From: Botryllus schlosseri
Lineage: Eukaryota
Direction: 5' to 3'
Length of the DNA: 64,000 bases
NCBI GenBank assembly: GCA_051294905.1
Contig: CM119375.1
Coordinates: 6,820,001-6,884,000 of the forward strand
A program made the position numbers and the translations under genes. The notes beneath the pieces were generated by a model. The model was not told the origin of the DNA. It did no database searches and saw only the letters and a program-made list of their open reading frames with translations. This document shows positions 33,001-44,900 of this stretch, in pieces (positions within the stretch are counted from its first letter, which is position 1; each line of letters begins with the position of its first letter).

Positions 33001-35632
33001 GGCCACATATCTGCCAAGGTGGTCAAAGTAGTCATCCTTGGTACTCAAGAAGAAGTGGAAGTAACTTCGAAAAATTAAAGCTCAAGTTAAAGTATAATTC
33101 ATTATAGTGATTAACCCTAGTTTTAGCCAAAAAAACTGAAAACTGTTGAGTAGTAGTAGAGTGGAAGTATTCTAAGTTTGAGTAGGCAAACATACTTGAG
33201 TACTCCGTCGCTGATGACCTCTGCATATCTATCAACAAATTTATAATCACCAGATTTATAACCACCAGATCTCATAATGAATTGGGAAACTTTACCAAAT
33301 GCACTGATAACTCAAATCTCCTACCAAAGTTACCGACTACGCCAATACAATTTTTGTATACAGGGAAAATGTTACTCCAAAGAATATGAGACAAAATCGT
33401 TTTCATACACCCACATGCGATTACGGGCGATAGCAAACGTAGTATCATAATACAATGCTTTAATATATAATTTATTCTGCAAGTACCAGCAGCTATACAT
33501 AGTACTATAATAATGGTATAATCGCAGTTTGATGCACTCGTGATTTTTATCAGTATCCTTCTGAATTCAACACAATATTCACTTCTACTTCCAGGCTGGC
33601 GAGATACAAAATTTATGAAACGTATCTCACAAAGGTTACTGACATCATGCCAGAAGACTATCTGGAAATGACCGGGGACTCCATGATCGGTAGCATTCTA
33701 CAGCGACACGAAGGCTTGGCGACAACGAATCAGTAAGTGACTCGATCTCGTTGCAAGCGGCTAAAACATCATCATCCCCGTTGTACGTACCGGCTTTCGA
33801 ATGTCTGTTTATTACTTGCGCTAAATAAACCCCACTGGCTAATTAATCTGTTCGTTTATTGTTTGATTGATTAATTGATTGATCGTAAAACATAATAACA
33901 ATTAACATCTACTCTGCGGAGAGCGTTTTTGCCATTGTCGATTGAATGCGCCTTGTACGACTGTAGACGATATGACCATATTGCTGTATCTGATATCAGT
34001 GTACATATTCAGCTAATAGCCCACTTTTGGCCCCACTGCACTATACCCTTGCCTACCAGCGACCACGCAACTTGTAGATAATAATTCACTCTTGGATACG
34101 GACTTGAATTTCGACGTGATGTCGATGGGCAATGCCGCAATTTGTTGAGCCGGGCCGGCCACCTTGGTCTTATTATGCAGAGGTGGTCGCTGGTTGGTAA
34201 CGAAGTTCATCAACATATTCGGAGTATTCAATTCAAGTTAGTGCTGAAAATTTCATCATTTCAATACACCACAAGACTGCGATACAATGAAAGATATGAA
34301 GCTGTCGAAACGACTTGGAGTAGTCTTCGAAATCGGGCACCCAGTCCCAGCTGGCCTAGGCGATGAAAAAAAGGAGGCATGCACACTGAATGAAAAGTAA
34401 ACGAAGATAATCTAAAAGGACAGTTGAGAAAAGAGGTGGCATGTGTCGGAAGGCGAGATCGATATGTCAGGTCGTAGTCTGGGAAACTAGAGGGCTAATT
34501 CATTTAACTAGGTTTGTCTAATAACATTACTTAAATTACTTCCACCTGTACTGTAGAAACCATCTAATTTTCTGACACTACATAGTGAAATTTAATAAGT
34601 AGTTTTACGATAAGTTTGCGTCATTGTTATGAACGAAATTGTCACAAAAACAACACCAGCCCCTTGTACGACCGCAACTGAATATATCTTCGAAGATTGT
34701 ACCTATTCGTAGTGCCGTCAGTCATTTTCTATTAGTCGCGAAGATAGTTTTGACATGATATGTCTTGGAAATAGCTATACTTCTACTTGTAATTGAGTTG
34801 TTTATTCATATTGAAATATACCCGAATATTTTCGGCAGGCACTCGTCAGGGGTAGTTGTCAGCAACTAGTAGAAAGTTCAAAAGAACTTCGTGTATCAAT
34901 AATCGTATCACCTTCTTGAGTATAGCAAAATCGAATACTTTGACCACCAGTAATATCATGTAGCCTCGCTTCATTGCTACGTATAAATTGCTACGTGTAA
35001 ATCTCCAACGCTTTCACAGGGGCCTTGTCGACCGCAACTCCACGATACAGACCAGTATAGAAGACGGGCAAAAAGAACTGGACGATCTGAAGCAAGAGTT
35101 CAACAAACAGAAGCTCATCTTCAACAGCCAGCTCGCCTCGCTACAAAACAAGAAAGAGAAGCTAACCGAATCCAACGGTATACTGGAGCAGCGCGCGGCA
35201 ATGAACCATCAGAAAATGTGCGCTCTCATGAGCAAACTGGGGCAGGTGTTGATGGGAATCGACAATCTAGCGAGTCAATCGCACAGGCGACATTGGCCGC
35301 CTTTAGCTGAAATGAGTTACACGCAAAAGCTTAATATGGTGCAGGAATATCTTTTAGAGAGAATCGCAGTTGAAGAAATGGTAAGGCACATGATGGCAGA
35401 GGCTGAGATACGAAGTAGTAGCGGGCACACTATTTACCAACACGGCAAATCCATCCCGAGCGTGGCAGTAGACGCGCCTACGCCCGAATCAGCCTTTTCT
35501 AGGAGACACCATCAGCCCTTGCCCGCGATACAGCAGCACGGGAAACGCGCCGGGCCTGAAAACGATCGGATCCGGCATTTTAAAACCGGCGGTAATTTCC
35601 TGGAGCGGCTGTCCGCGATATCGGAAATTTAA
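30083..35632 (+). CDS. CCDC42-like: Coiled-coil ciliary protein of the CCDC42/CFAP73/CCDC197 (DUF4200) family, 414 aa, 4 exons
   Basis: Exons 30083-30352, 31407-31630, 33595-33732, 35020-35632 (1245 nt; phases 0,2,2). The DUF4200-type segment KREEFKRRME...ERVLKFDKFLKENEAKRNRALKK is clear. YKIYETYLTKV and IDNLASQ...MSYTQKLNMVQEY resemble CCDC197 as I recall it. Confidence 0.88.
30713..31221. mobile_element. Mutator-like (9-bp TSD) MITE with GTGAACTGC subterminal repeats, in intron 1 of the CCDC gene
   Basis: GGCCCAGTGGATATACGCAG ... CTGCGTATATCCACAGGGCC; TSD ATAAAGTAT/GTAAAGTAT (8/9). Confidence 0.8.
31783..32103 (-). mobile_element. tRNA-derived SINE (tRNA-Arg-like head plus a Meta-domain-like core); further copies at 31649-31790(+), 32135-32325(+) and 36040-36345(+)
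   Basis: Minus strand has A box TAGCGTAATGG, anticodon-loop-like CTTCT and B box GGTTCGTTTCC, then GGTCAGACCAAAGAC...TGGTATCCATGGCTTCCCTGCTTTGGCGCTCA. Confidence 0.85.
32540..32810 (-). mobile_element. SINE-like family A copy
   Basis: Reverse complement aligns by eye along the whole length with 17248-17533. Confidence 0.8.
33014..33223. mobile_element. Family B MITE (diverged)
   Basis: CCAAGGTGGTCAAAGTAG ... GACCTCTG; TSD CATATCTG/CATATCTA (7/8). More decayed family B copies at about 2800-3046, 24870-25066, 34760-34950, 44725-44860, 46285-46800, 49696-49757, 51912-52443 and 56835-57329. Confidence 0.8.
34225..34500 (-). mobile_element. SINE-like family A copy
   Basis: Reverse complement matches the family A core; (TTGAA)n-like tail. 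Confidence 0.75.
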
Positions 35633-36540
35633 CCGGGTACTTCTTTCGTGCGATCTTTGAAACTTGCGTGATCATGCCACTACTGCTTTTCTGTTCATTA
35701 CATGCGTACCTTTGCAATTCCGGCCTTCTTGATATATGTAGTGGGTAGGCGGTTTAGTTCAGTTCATTAATATCAATCCCATCACTGAAAAGACGGACAA
35801 AAACACCATCAGACAATCACACCCACCTTGGCCTAGAACAGTGGTTCTCAAACGGGGTTATACGAACCCCAGGGTTTCGCTGCAGGTCAAGACAAACGCC
35901 CCACTTAAACATCAGGCAGGATACACATCGATTTGCAGTAAATATACGTGATACTCGTCTTGGTTTATGTGAAAATCATGGTTTACTGGTTTGTTGTTGA
36001 CGCACATTTCATTGTGTGTCCCAGATTCTATAGTCAAAACAAGATAGTGCAGAACGACCGGCTTCTTGACTGGTAAGTCATGGATTCACTCCCCGCAGGC
36101 AGGGCCAGACCAAGACATGATTAGTAAAACTGTTATCTTTGGCTTCTCCGCTCGGCGCTCAACATTTTCGGGATATCATGGAGGGGTGGTGCAAGACTTA
36201 GTAGGCCTTACAATGCTATTTCTGGACATTCCTTGTCCAGCGGCATATGCACAGATCGTGCTCACAAGCATGCACTCGTGCTATGCATATATTATATGCG
36301 CAGATAGTGTGTACGTGGAATTGTGTATCATTTGGATTTACCAACGTCCTACTTTATGAAGATCTGTTCTCTTATTTCAAGAAATCGAAAATGTCCTTCT
36401 TTCTGGCAATTCGTCCTCTATAGCTTTCACAGCCAAGCGATTGTACAGGCACGACTAAAAAACACCATAAATGACGCAAAATGTGAAATCGGGACGCTCA
36501 AGCAACTCTTCCTGGAGTCGAGTTGGTAAATGACATTTTT

Positions 36541-36632
36541 TAGTTGTTGTTGTTGTTGTTGTTGTTGTTGTAGTCGATGTTGATGTTTGTGGTATTCACG
36601 GTGTTTGTCTACTACTATGGTCATTTACACCA
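36541..36632 (-). repeat. Retroposon 3' end (family J) with a (CAA)n tail; second copy at about 10490-10562 with an (ATCAA)n tail
   Basis: Shared actatggtcatttacacc core followed on the minus strand by simple-repeat tails; explains the poly-Q ORF. Confidence 0.55.
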
Positions 36633-37467
36633 GACCACTGTTCTCGTTTTTATTCTGTTGGTGCCTACTCGTAGCGCGGCCCGCTTCTAGGCTTTTATGT
36701 GGATGAGATGGTGAGGAGGAATTCTGCAGTCGGCCTAATTTGTATTTTTCAATTAGGTAAATCACAAGACAGATTCGCTTCGTAACTGGTAAAACTTTAT
36801 TACTCACATTACAAAAATGACAGCCTGGGATGAAATATCCTATTGTGCAAACTCCTTATAATTGATATATTGCCAGCATCCTAATGATTCAAACATATAT
36901 TGCTAATTGAAGATGTTTTGTCGGGGTTTGTGAAAAAAACGTCTCAGCAAAAACTAGTGAGCAGTCGCTAGAAATGGAGATGAGCTGCCGGATAGAAATG
37001 AATATATGCTGGACGACGTGGACGACTGGACGTTCATTCGAAAATCTGTTTCTCAATTTTGGTGCGTTAAGGTGTCGTCGGAAGCATCACGTGTTGATAT
37101 TACATTCGCGCGACCACCTATATCATTGTATAAATGGATTTTCAGGACTCATTCATATGAAATCAAAAGCTCGGATTTTCAAGACACGACCACTTATTTT
37201 AATAAATGCACCTGCAAAATTCGCTTTGAAATAATAAAAATCGAGACAATTTCTACATAATGTATGATATTATTCATTGCACCTTTTCTTCAAATACTTG
37301 AATATATGGATGGCGGTACTGAACCTGAGTATTGCTTTCAAAACTACATTAATTGCAGTTAAAAATTTATTAACTCGAAGACTTTCCATGTATCCCTTAT
37401 CAAGAGTTAGCGGCACAATAATAAACATATAGAAACAGATTCAAACGAAAACCAAATTGGCAAAGTA

Positions 37468-38426
37468 GGGGAAGATGTGGTACCGATGGATCAAAAATTG
37501 GAAAATGTTCGCTGACCCCAAAATGTTCACCCGCAAACAGCAGATCTTTTGCTGGCTCAGCACTTTGATACAAGCTCTACCTATCGCGCACATATACATG
37601 AATATCCGTCTTTTCACAAAATATTTATAGACGTTCAAAATTTGTTGCTTGAACGTATCATCGGTCCCCACCCGGTGGGTCCTATGGCAGATGACCCGGG
37701 GACCTATGAGACATGCTCTCAAAAACTCAGATGTGCCAATTTTTCTTGCTGTGTATTATAATCTAAGCTACAGCAAGTCAAAGAAGAATGTTTGGTCGCA
37801 ACCGTCAAAAAATAGAATAAATATTAACTCAAATGTTGCCATAAAATCACGTTTCGATTTAGGCTCGAACTTATAAATTTGCGGGTACATACATATTGCC
37901 CGAAAATCTACATTGTGACTTCCAAATACCTCGTTATAGCGATAAAACATAATATGCAATTATTACATATAGAGTTTCTGTACATAGGCACGTTTCAGTT
38001 GCTGCATGATTAGTATGCTGGATTATTTTGCTTGATTTGAATATTGTATCATCGGTCCCGACCCTACGAATTTTATACATGAATCGAAAAAATTACACTC
38101 AAGGAAGGTATTAAAAAATAATAGGTGCCATTATATAGCCTGATACAAGCTCTACACTTCACATTAAAAATGATTGCTGGTTTGTTCGTGTTGAAGGTTA
38201 CAAAGAAAAATGTATGCGTCGATCGAAATTTAGTTTACACCCCCCAAAACAGAAAACATCTGTCAGAGACCCCATAGCTCGCGCGCGTCGAAATTTTTTG
38301 TATGTGAGCAAAGATTTTGCCAGCATGCAATTGCAGACAAGTTCACGTAGTGTAATCATAGAATTATCATAGATAATTTTTAAAGTATTTTCGGTCCCAG
38401 TTATGCATCGGTACCACATCTCCCCC
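37468..38426. mobile_element. Tc1/mariner(pogo)-type MITE
   Basis: TIR GGGG(A/G)AGATGTGGTACCGATG on both ends; TA duplicated at 37466-37467 and 38427-38428. Confidence 0.82.
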
Positions 38427-38432
38427 TATGAC

Positions 38433-39388
38433 TAGTGGTGGCCCTACGATTGGGGGGGGGCTGGGCGAGATTTCCGGGGGCCCTTATAAGTATGTAATTG
38501 CAGCTTCTGGGGGACTCTGCCCCCAGACCCCCCATTTGCATCTTAAGTTCACGACTTAATATTAGTGCACCATAAAAAACGCTTAAAGTATGGCTCATTC
38601 CTTCATGTTAAAGATGTATGGCATGTAGCGTTAAATAATGGAATAGTGATACAACTGCCGCAGGCCAAATAGACCCACACTAATCTGGAAAGCCATCGGC
38701 TGATATTAGTAATGAGCCAGCACACCACGTCAAGGTTTGCGCCAGGCACTGGATTAGGTCATATATCTATTATTACACGGTTGCAAGGATAGAATAGGCT
38801 ACATCAAAATAAAGTACCTCTGCAGCATGCAGAGACTTGATGATTACCGGGATATGGGACTTTTCTAACTAATGCAGAGATTTGATGATTGACCAAAGAG
38901 TAGGGCCTTCGACCTGGTGGGGCGGGTGGTCGAGGCTTGTCGGTGGTTGGCTGGTCAGTGATAGCTTTATGATTGGGGGCCCTGGGCGAAAACTCTGGGG
39001 GGGGCAATGTGTACGTAATCGCAGCTTATGGGGGGTGCGCCCCCCGGACCCCCCGGACAAACATCACTAGGTCTGCGATTTTGCAAACAAATTAGGTCAA
39101 GAGTGTGGTTACAAACCAACTCGCCTAAAAACTGCAGGAATTAACATTTCTTGGTAGTAAAATCTGTCATTTGCAGTAAAACAAGTAATATGGGACTTTT
39201 CTAACGAATGCAGAGAGTTTATGATTAATCCATCCGCGCGGTATCATCTTCTTGATGGGTACACGGATTATCGCGATTATTCGTCAAATGATAACGTTTG
39301 AAAAAAGCACGTAAACTCAGAAGGGGGGCCCTTCGAAACCGGGGGGGCGGGCGACCTCCCACTTCACCCACCCCAGAAGCCACCACTG
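38433..39388. mobile_element. G-rich hAT-type MITE (956 bp)
   Basis: TAGTGGTGGC ... GCCACCACTG; perfect 8-bp TSD CCTATGAC (38425-38432, 39389-39396). Confidence 0.9.
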
Positions 39389-40941
39389 CCTATGACACTA
39401 CAATTCAATAATAAAAATGAACGCTTAACTCTTGGTAAGGGGTACACGAACAGTCTCCGAGTTAGTCAATTTTTTACTGCAATGAATGTAGTTTTGAAAG
39501 CGATATTTTTATAAGATAAGTCATTTTGTTGCTGCTTATCATTATCCTACAGTTAAGTTTTGCACAAGTCATATTACGGTTGCACGATAATTGAGCTATA
39601 TTTTAACGAAAACCTAAAGGGGTCCGCGGGGGTCCCTGACTGACAAAAGGGGTTTGTGAAAACATAAAGGTTGATAACCACTGAAGTATAGCATGTATCG
39701 GTAGCGACGTCGACTAGTTGACTATTCAGTCGAAACTGCTTGTATTTAAACTTGGTATAGTTGTCAATGAACAATGGACATGCTTGGCTGTTCCACAGTA
39801 ATGGTCCTCATACTTGATAGGGCGGTGTGTTTTTGTGGTTTCGCGATAAAATCCGATCGCGATGACAGCCCATAAATTGCTGGCGCCTGCCGTAAATTCG
39901 TAGAAAACAACGTGGTGTAACGCAGTCGTCGCTGAGACGATTGGCAGTCGATTATCGCCAAGAAAAGGTCGGCGATAAATTACGCCAAGCTGATAAGGGC
40001 GCAGACGACAGGTGATTGATGGCGGTGTTAATTGTTGCGGAAAGATACATCTTGTATTGATTTTACCGCGTAGTTCGCGACTATTATATAAAGTTGATCG
40101 AGCTGCATGTTCCCAACGCAAAAAAATATATAATTTTTAATACTGCGTATTGATTTGGACTGGTCACCATGATCTAAGCACTGGAATTCAAGAATATATA
40201 AGCCTACTCAAATCCGAATCGTGTACTAATTTTAATGATCCGACACGGTGGTGAGAGTCAATGTTTTCGAACACAGAATTCATACTAAACCTATCGTATC
40301 AACGAGAACTTTCGTTTCAATACTTTATTCCCATCGTGGTAGCCTTGGAATATTTGTTGACCGCATGGCAGGATGCCAAACACGTAGCACAGCACAATGC
40401 TATTAGGGATGTTCATAATTAACCGACATTTCTCGTAAGTGACGTTCACCCATATGCAGTGGCGTTGCCACAATGCGTTATGTGCTAGGGATAGCCCGTT
40501 AACAAATACTAAACTATTTCTGATGAAGTGCGACTGGTAATATTATACTTGCGGTGATATATTTGAACTTTCAGATTCGTCCTAACCTCGATGTTACTCA
40601 CCCCGTATAATATGATGCGAAACAGTCTTTTTTATGGCTCAGAGGCGTATAATATATATAGGTCTTGCCACTACCGATGTCTTGTGCAGCGAAGTATATT
40701 ATGATACAAACTTTCTTTTTGTCCGGAAATGGCCAATGGTTATTAGTTACACGCCCTTGGTCCCATGCTCCGCAAATAGAATATGAGAGCCGTTGCATAC
40801 GCCATACGGTCCGGCAGACCAATGGCAAAACCTGTACCATCCTGTTGAAGGATGATAGATTTGCAGTTCCGGGTTACGAGTAGGATCTGGCATATCCATT
40901 TATGCAGAAATTGCATTGTATATGCTTCAGCATTTGCATAC

Positions 40942-41308
40942 TAGGGTTACCATATTTTAAAATCCGGAAAATAGGTTAGTTTACCGAAATTGAAAACAGC
41001 TGATTTTGAAATAATTACTGGAAATCTTGTTGTGTTGACTAAAAAAATATTTCGACGCGAATCCCGCATTACACTTTTTCTACGACACTTCTGTGGGGTT
41101 GACTAAAGAAATGTCATCATCACTAATGATTCGACTTCCGAATGACCCGCTCGAACGTCCGCATTACCTATTTCGCATCATTTATGTCGATTTTCAGTTG
41201 ACCCTGTCCATTAGCCTAGCTGTAGAGGACGAATTGTTAAAAAGAAGAACAGGTATCCTCGGAGGACATTTTCAATTTCCTGAATAGGGAGGACGTATGG
41301 TAATCTTA
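40942..41308. mobile_element. Decayed hAT-type MITE (TAGGGTTACCATA ends)
   Basis: TAGGGTTACCATA ... TATGGTAATCTTA; no TSD left. Confidence 0.45.
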
Positions 41309-41998
41309 CCAAGTACTCGTTTCTTCCGCGCCTTGAATTCCTCGAGTGATATTTCGAACGCGCATTGGGAGGATGCTTGGTTATAATTTATTGCACAATC
41401 TTTGGTTTTCCAGTTTCGGAAAAAGTATAATATAGCGATATCACTAAATAACAAAGTTAAGCTATATAGGAACAATCGAAGACCTCCAAAACGTATTCGG
41501 CTATCGTTACTCGTATTAATAGAGGCACTACGGACAGTATAAGAAGCACAAACATTGCCGGTCCTGATCTTTGAGTGCACATGCAAAACAATGCATAGTA
41601 AGATTAATCATTACTAACATAGGCAGGAATGTCATCGAAAAATTTACATAAAAACACGACCGCCGCGACATGTAACCAAATCGCTAGCGAATCACACCCA
41701 CTAGTTTTGCTTACAAGCGATTTTATTCTATAATTTACACCTTTAGTGGTATCATTCCACGGATGGTGGAACGGAACAATAGCGCGCAATAAGTATCGTA
41801 TAAAGAACCCTGTTTACGTAACAATCATATATAGGCGTCGAATACAAATGCCTGTATAGAAATAGCTCCTATTCGGATGTACCGCATTGCCCTGACGGAT
41901 TACGTGGGATGTCATAAATAAATATAATGAGGTGGCCGGCGACTACTTTGCCGAATTTTCGTGTTTACGACTTTCGAGATTATCATAAAACATAGTTA

Positions 41999-44900
41999 TC
42001 AATCACTGCCGTTATCGTAGCGATCTGAGTGGTAGCTTTTAGACCAGTTTGCTGATCTCGGCTGCTCCAAATCCATAGCGGTACGCTTAAGCGCCGTATC
42101 TCTCGGCGAGTTGTTATTTTCATCAGCGGATGGCTGCATTTGAAACTGCCAGCGCGGCGATTTGGACGAGGATGCCGCGCTGCCCGAGTGTTCGCACCTC
42201 GTCATGTGAGACTGAAACTGGAATCTGTCGCAGGCTCGGAAGCCGCATATGTTACACTCGAACGGGTCTTGGAAGCCGTGGCAGCCTGCGTGGATCGCGT
42301 ACATAACCTCGTCTAGAAACAAGCACCGGCAATGCTTGCAGAAATAGGACTTTATCTCGTCCGTGTCGGGCGAGGCTTTCAAAGTGCCTTGCGTGCCGAC
42401 TCTGAATACGCGCAGCACTTCGGCGGAGTGCGAAGAAGCTTGCCTGTTGGCTGCGGTGTCGGTGGGAGATTCTCTGTGTCTCCTTTCTCCGTCTTCCGCG
42501 GCCTTGTCGGTTTGGTAATCGTGCGATCTTTCCTTGTCCGGCGACGATACACGGGATCTCTGAAATGGATTAAGGCGAGTTCACGATATGTCCCCCAAAT
42601 GACTTCGCATAGTTTGAAAACTGGAAAATTTTCATCTTTTCCAAGTTATAGCTACACATTTTTTAAGATTACATTAGTATTAGAATCACCGAATCCACAA
42701 AAACCCAGAAATTGAACTATACTATACTTAAAAAGAAATGCAATAAAGTCCTGTCAGAGTCCAATCTCGTAAGCAAGAGAATGGCAAACATACGCACACC
42801 AAGCTAGGCTCGTTTCGTACTAAACAGTTATCCTGTAGGATTTTTAGGAAACCAGATATTTAAAAAAGAAATAAAATTAGATCATATGAACACTGCGCAA
42901 ATTAGATTAGAATTAAATTACCGGTATTTCGCACTAATTAGTCTAATTCGATAACTGTAATTATCTAGTTGTCCAAGTCTGGCTCGGACACAGCCACAAC
43001 CCCAGTAGCAGTTGTCATGATTCGACCAGAGAAGGATAATAGTTTTGGTACTAAAATTATCCACCCCTTTTCACTAAGAGTTCATTATCAACGAGATATA
43101 TAGTTTCGATACTTTTATTCTTTGCAACTTCGATCGATCGTATCACAGCATTCAAAACATGTCGTGCAAAGCTACGCACGTCATTGTTGGGATGTCGTGA
43201 TCAACTCGCAGCATTGTCCTAAACCGCAATGAACAGGTGCGGTCGAAAATAGACCGAAGTGTCTCTAATGTGGTGGAGAGGAGAAGTAACATGATTTTCT
43301 TTATGGTCACATATTTGAACTTATTACAGCATCCATACTCTTATGACATCGCCATGAGTTATACTCGCATACAATAGACTCGACTCGAATCAGAATCGAA
43401 TCAATCAAGTCCACTTTTTGCCCACCCCAAAAATTATCAGTAGAAAATTTGATGATCCCATCCAGGGTTGTAATGACTCGAGTCATGACTCGACTCGAGT
43501 CCGACTCGAGTCACGATTTTCTGATGACTCGACTTGACTCGAGTCATTTTTTCAAAATACGGAAATGACTCGACTCGACTCGAGTCAATCTGTGTATTGA
43601 CTGGACTTGGACTCGAGTCATTGCGCATGACTCGAACCAAGTCATTGACTCGAGGCCAAGAGCGACATTTCATTGTAATTCCGAAGCCAACACACTATTG
43701 GGATTTCGTCTGTTGGTACTGGTACTTGAATATGCGACCAGAAACTGCTAAAAGTGAGGAAAATTGGTATATTATAAATACGAAACATTCGATATCACCA
43801 AACAGAGTTACTAAAAGTGGGTTTATCAAGACTTTAACTGGAAACTGAGCATTCTTCACAATGACTTGGACTCGGACTCGAGTCATAATTCCATGACTCG
43901 GACTCGACCCTCTGCTCGCTGACTTGGACTCGGACTTGACTCGGTGGTGAATTGAAATGACTCGACTTGACTCGAGTCAAAACTAAAAAAGTGAGATTGA
44001 CTTGTGACTCGAAGCCTTGTGACTTGGTTACAACCCTGACCCATCATTCTTATATGTGTAAAGGAGGGTTAGAGACGATTGCAGGTGACCAAAGCTCGAT
44101 GGCATGTGCATTAGGGGTGTTCAAAAATGACTTCTTCTTTCAAATTGTGCTGACTACCCCATGAAATTGTGAGATTGTCTGAGAAAACGACGCACAACGA
44201 ATTTGACTCAATTCGAACCGCTAGAAACGAAGTTATTGATGCTCAAACTTTGAGATTTCAAATCACATTATTTACGGCGGGCAGACCTATAATAAATCAA
44301 CAAAGAATTTGCCTCCGTAAATACTATTTTTGTTACATTCAAAATTTTCTACTCTGATACCTTTTCTTGTACTGGTTGGAATTGAGCCAAATTTGTTTTG
44401 CATCGTTTTTATCGGACAACCTAACAACTTCATGGGGTAGGCCTATAGTCAGTAAAATTTGATGAATTTTTATATTTGTTCAAATTAAATAAAACCAAAA
44501 CTTTTCCTGTTGTACCAATGCTTCTATTGGTTGCAATTGCCCCAAAATTGATGTGCAGACTTTATTTAGGTAACCTAACAATTTTAACAAGTAGCCAGTA
44601 CGAATTAAAAAGGTAATTTTTGACTACCGCTACTGTGCAGCATATACATCTGCAGTCGTGTGAGGCTTGTTGGGTTCTCCGGCGTCGGTTGTACAATGTA
44701 CATCGCTATTATGGCGGGTGTCCATTAGGGAGTAGTTAAAAGTAGTCAATGTTGATACTTGAGTAGAAATAAATGTAACGCAGTGATATCATGCTCAGTC
44801 ACAAGTAGATACAGCAATTTTCGAGACATTTGGCAGCTACTTCAAGTGAAGGAATAGAAAATAAATGGTGCGAAAAGGTAAATTTATTCTGGGGGTAGCA

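Larger units (their letters stand above)
35839..39683 (+). mobile_element. Fossil Buster/Charlie-like hAT transposon with a frameshifted transposase remnant and nested insertions
   Basis: Left end CAGTGGTTCTCAAACGGGGTTATACGAACCCC, right end GGGGTCCGCG...AGGTTGATAACCACTG. 37006-37180 encodes, across frameshifts, KSVSQFW...FA-TTY-C..GFSGLIHMKSKAR. The flanks do not form a TSD, so the two ends may belong to different copies. Confidence 0.55.

Noticed and set aside
36427-36624. Poly-Gln ORF
   Set aside because: It is the (CAA)n tail of a retroposon end that also occurs near 10.5 kb.
43463-44038. CRISPR-like or satellite array
   Set aside because: The units are 5-10 nt, irregularly spaced, without unique spacers, and are enclosed by TIRs and a TSD; it is a MITE.
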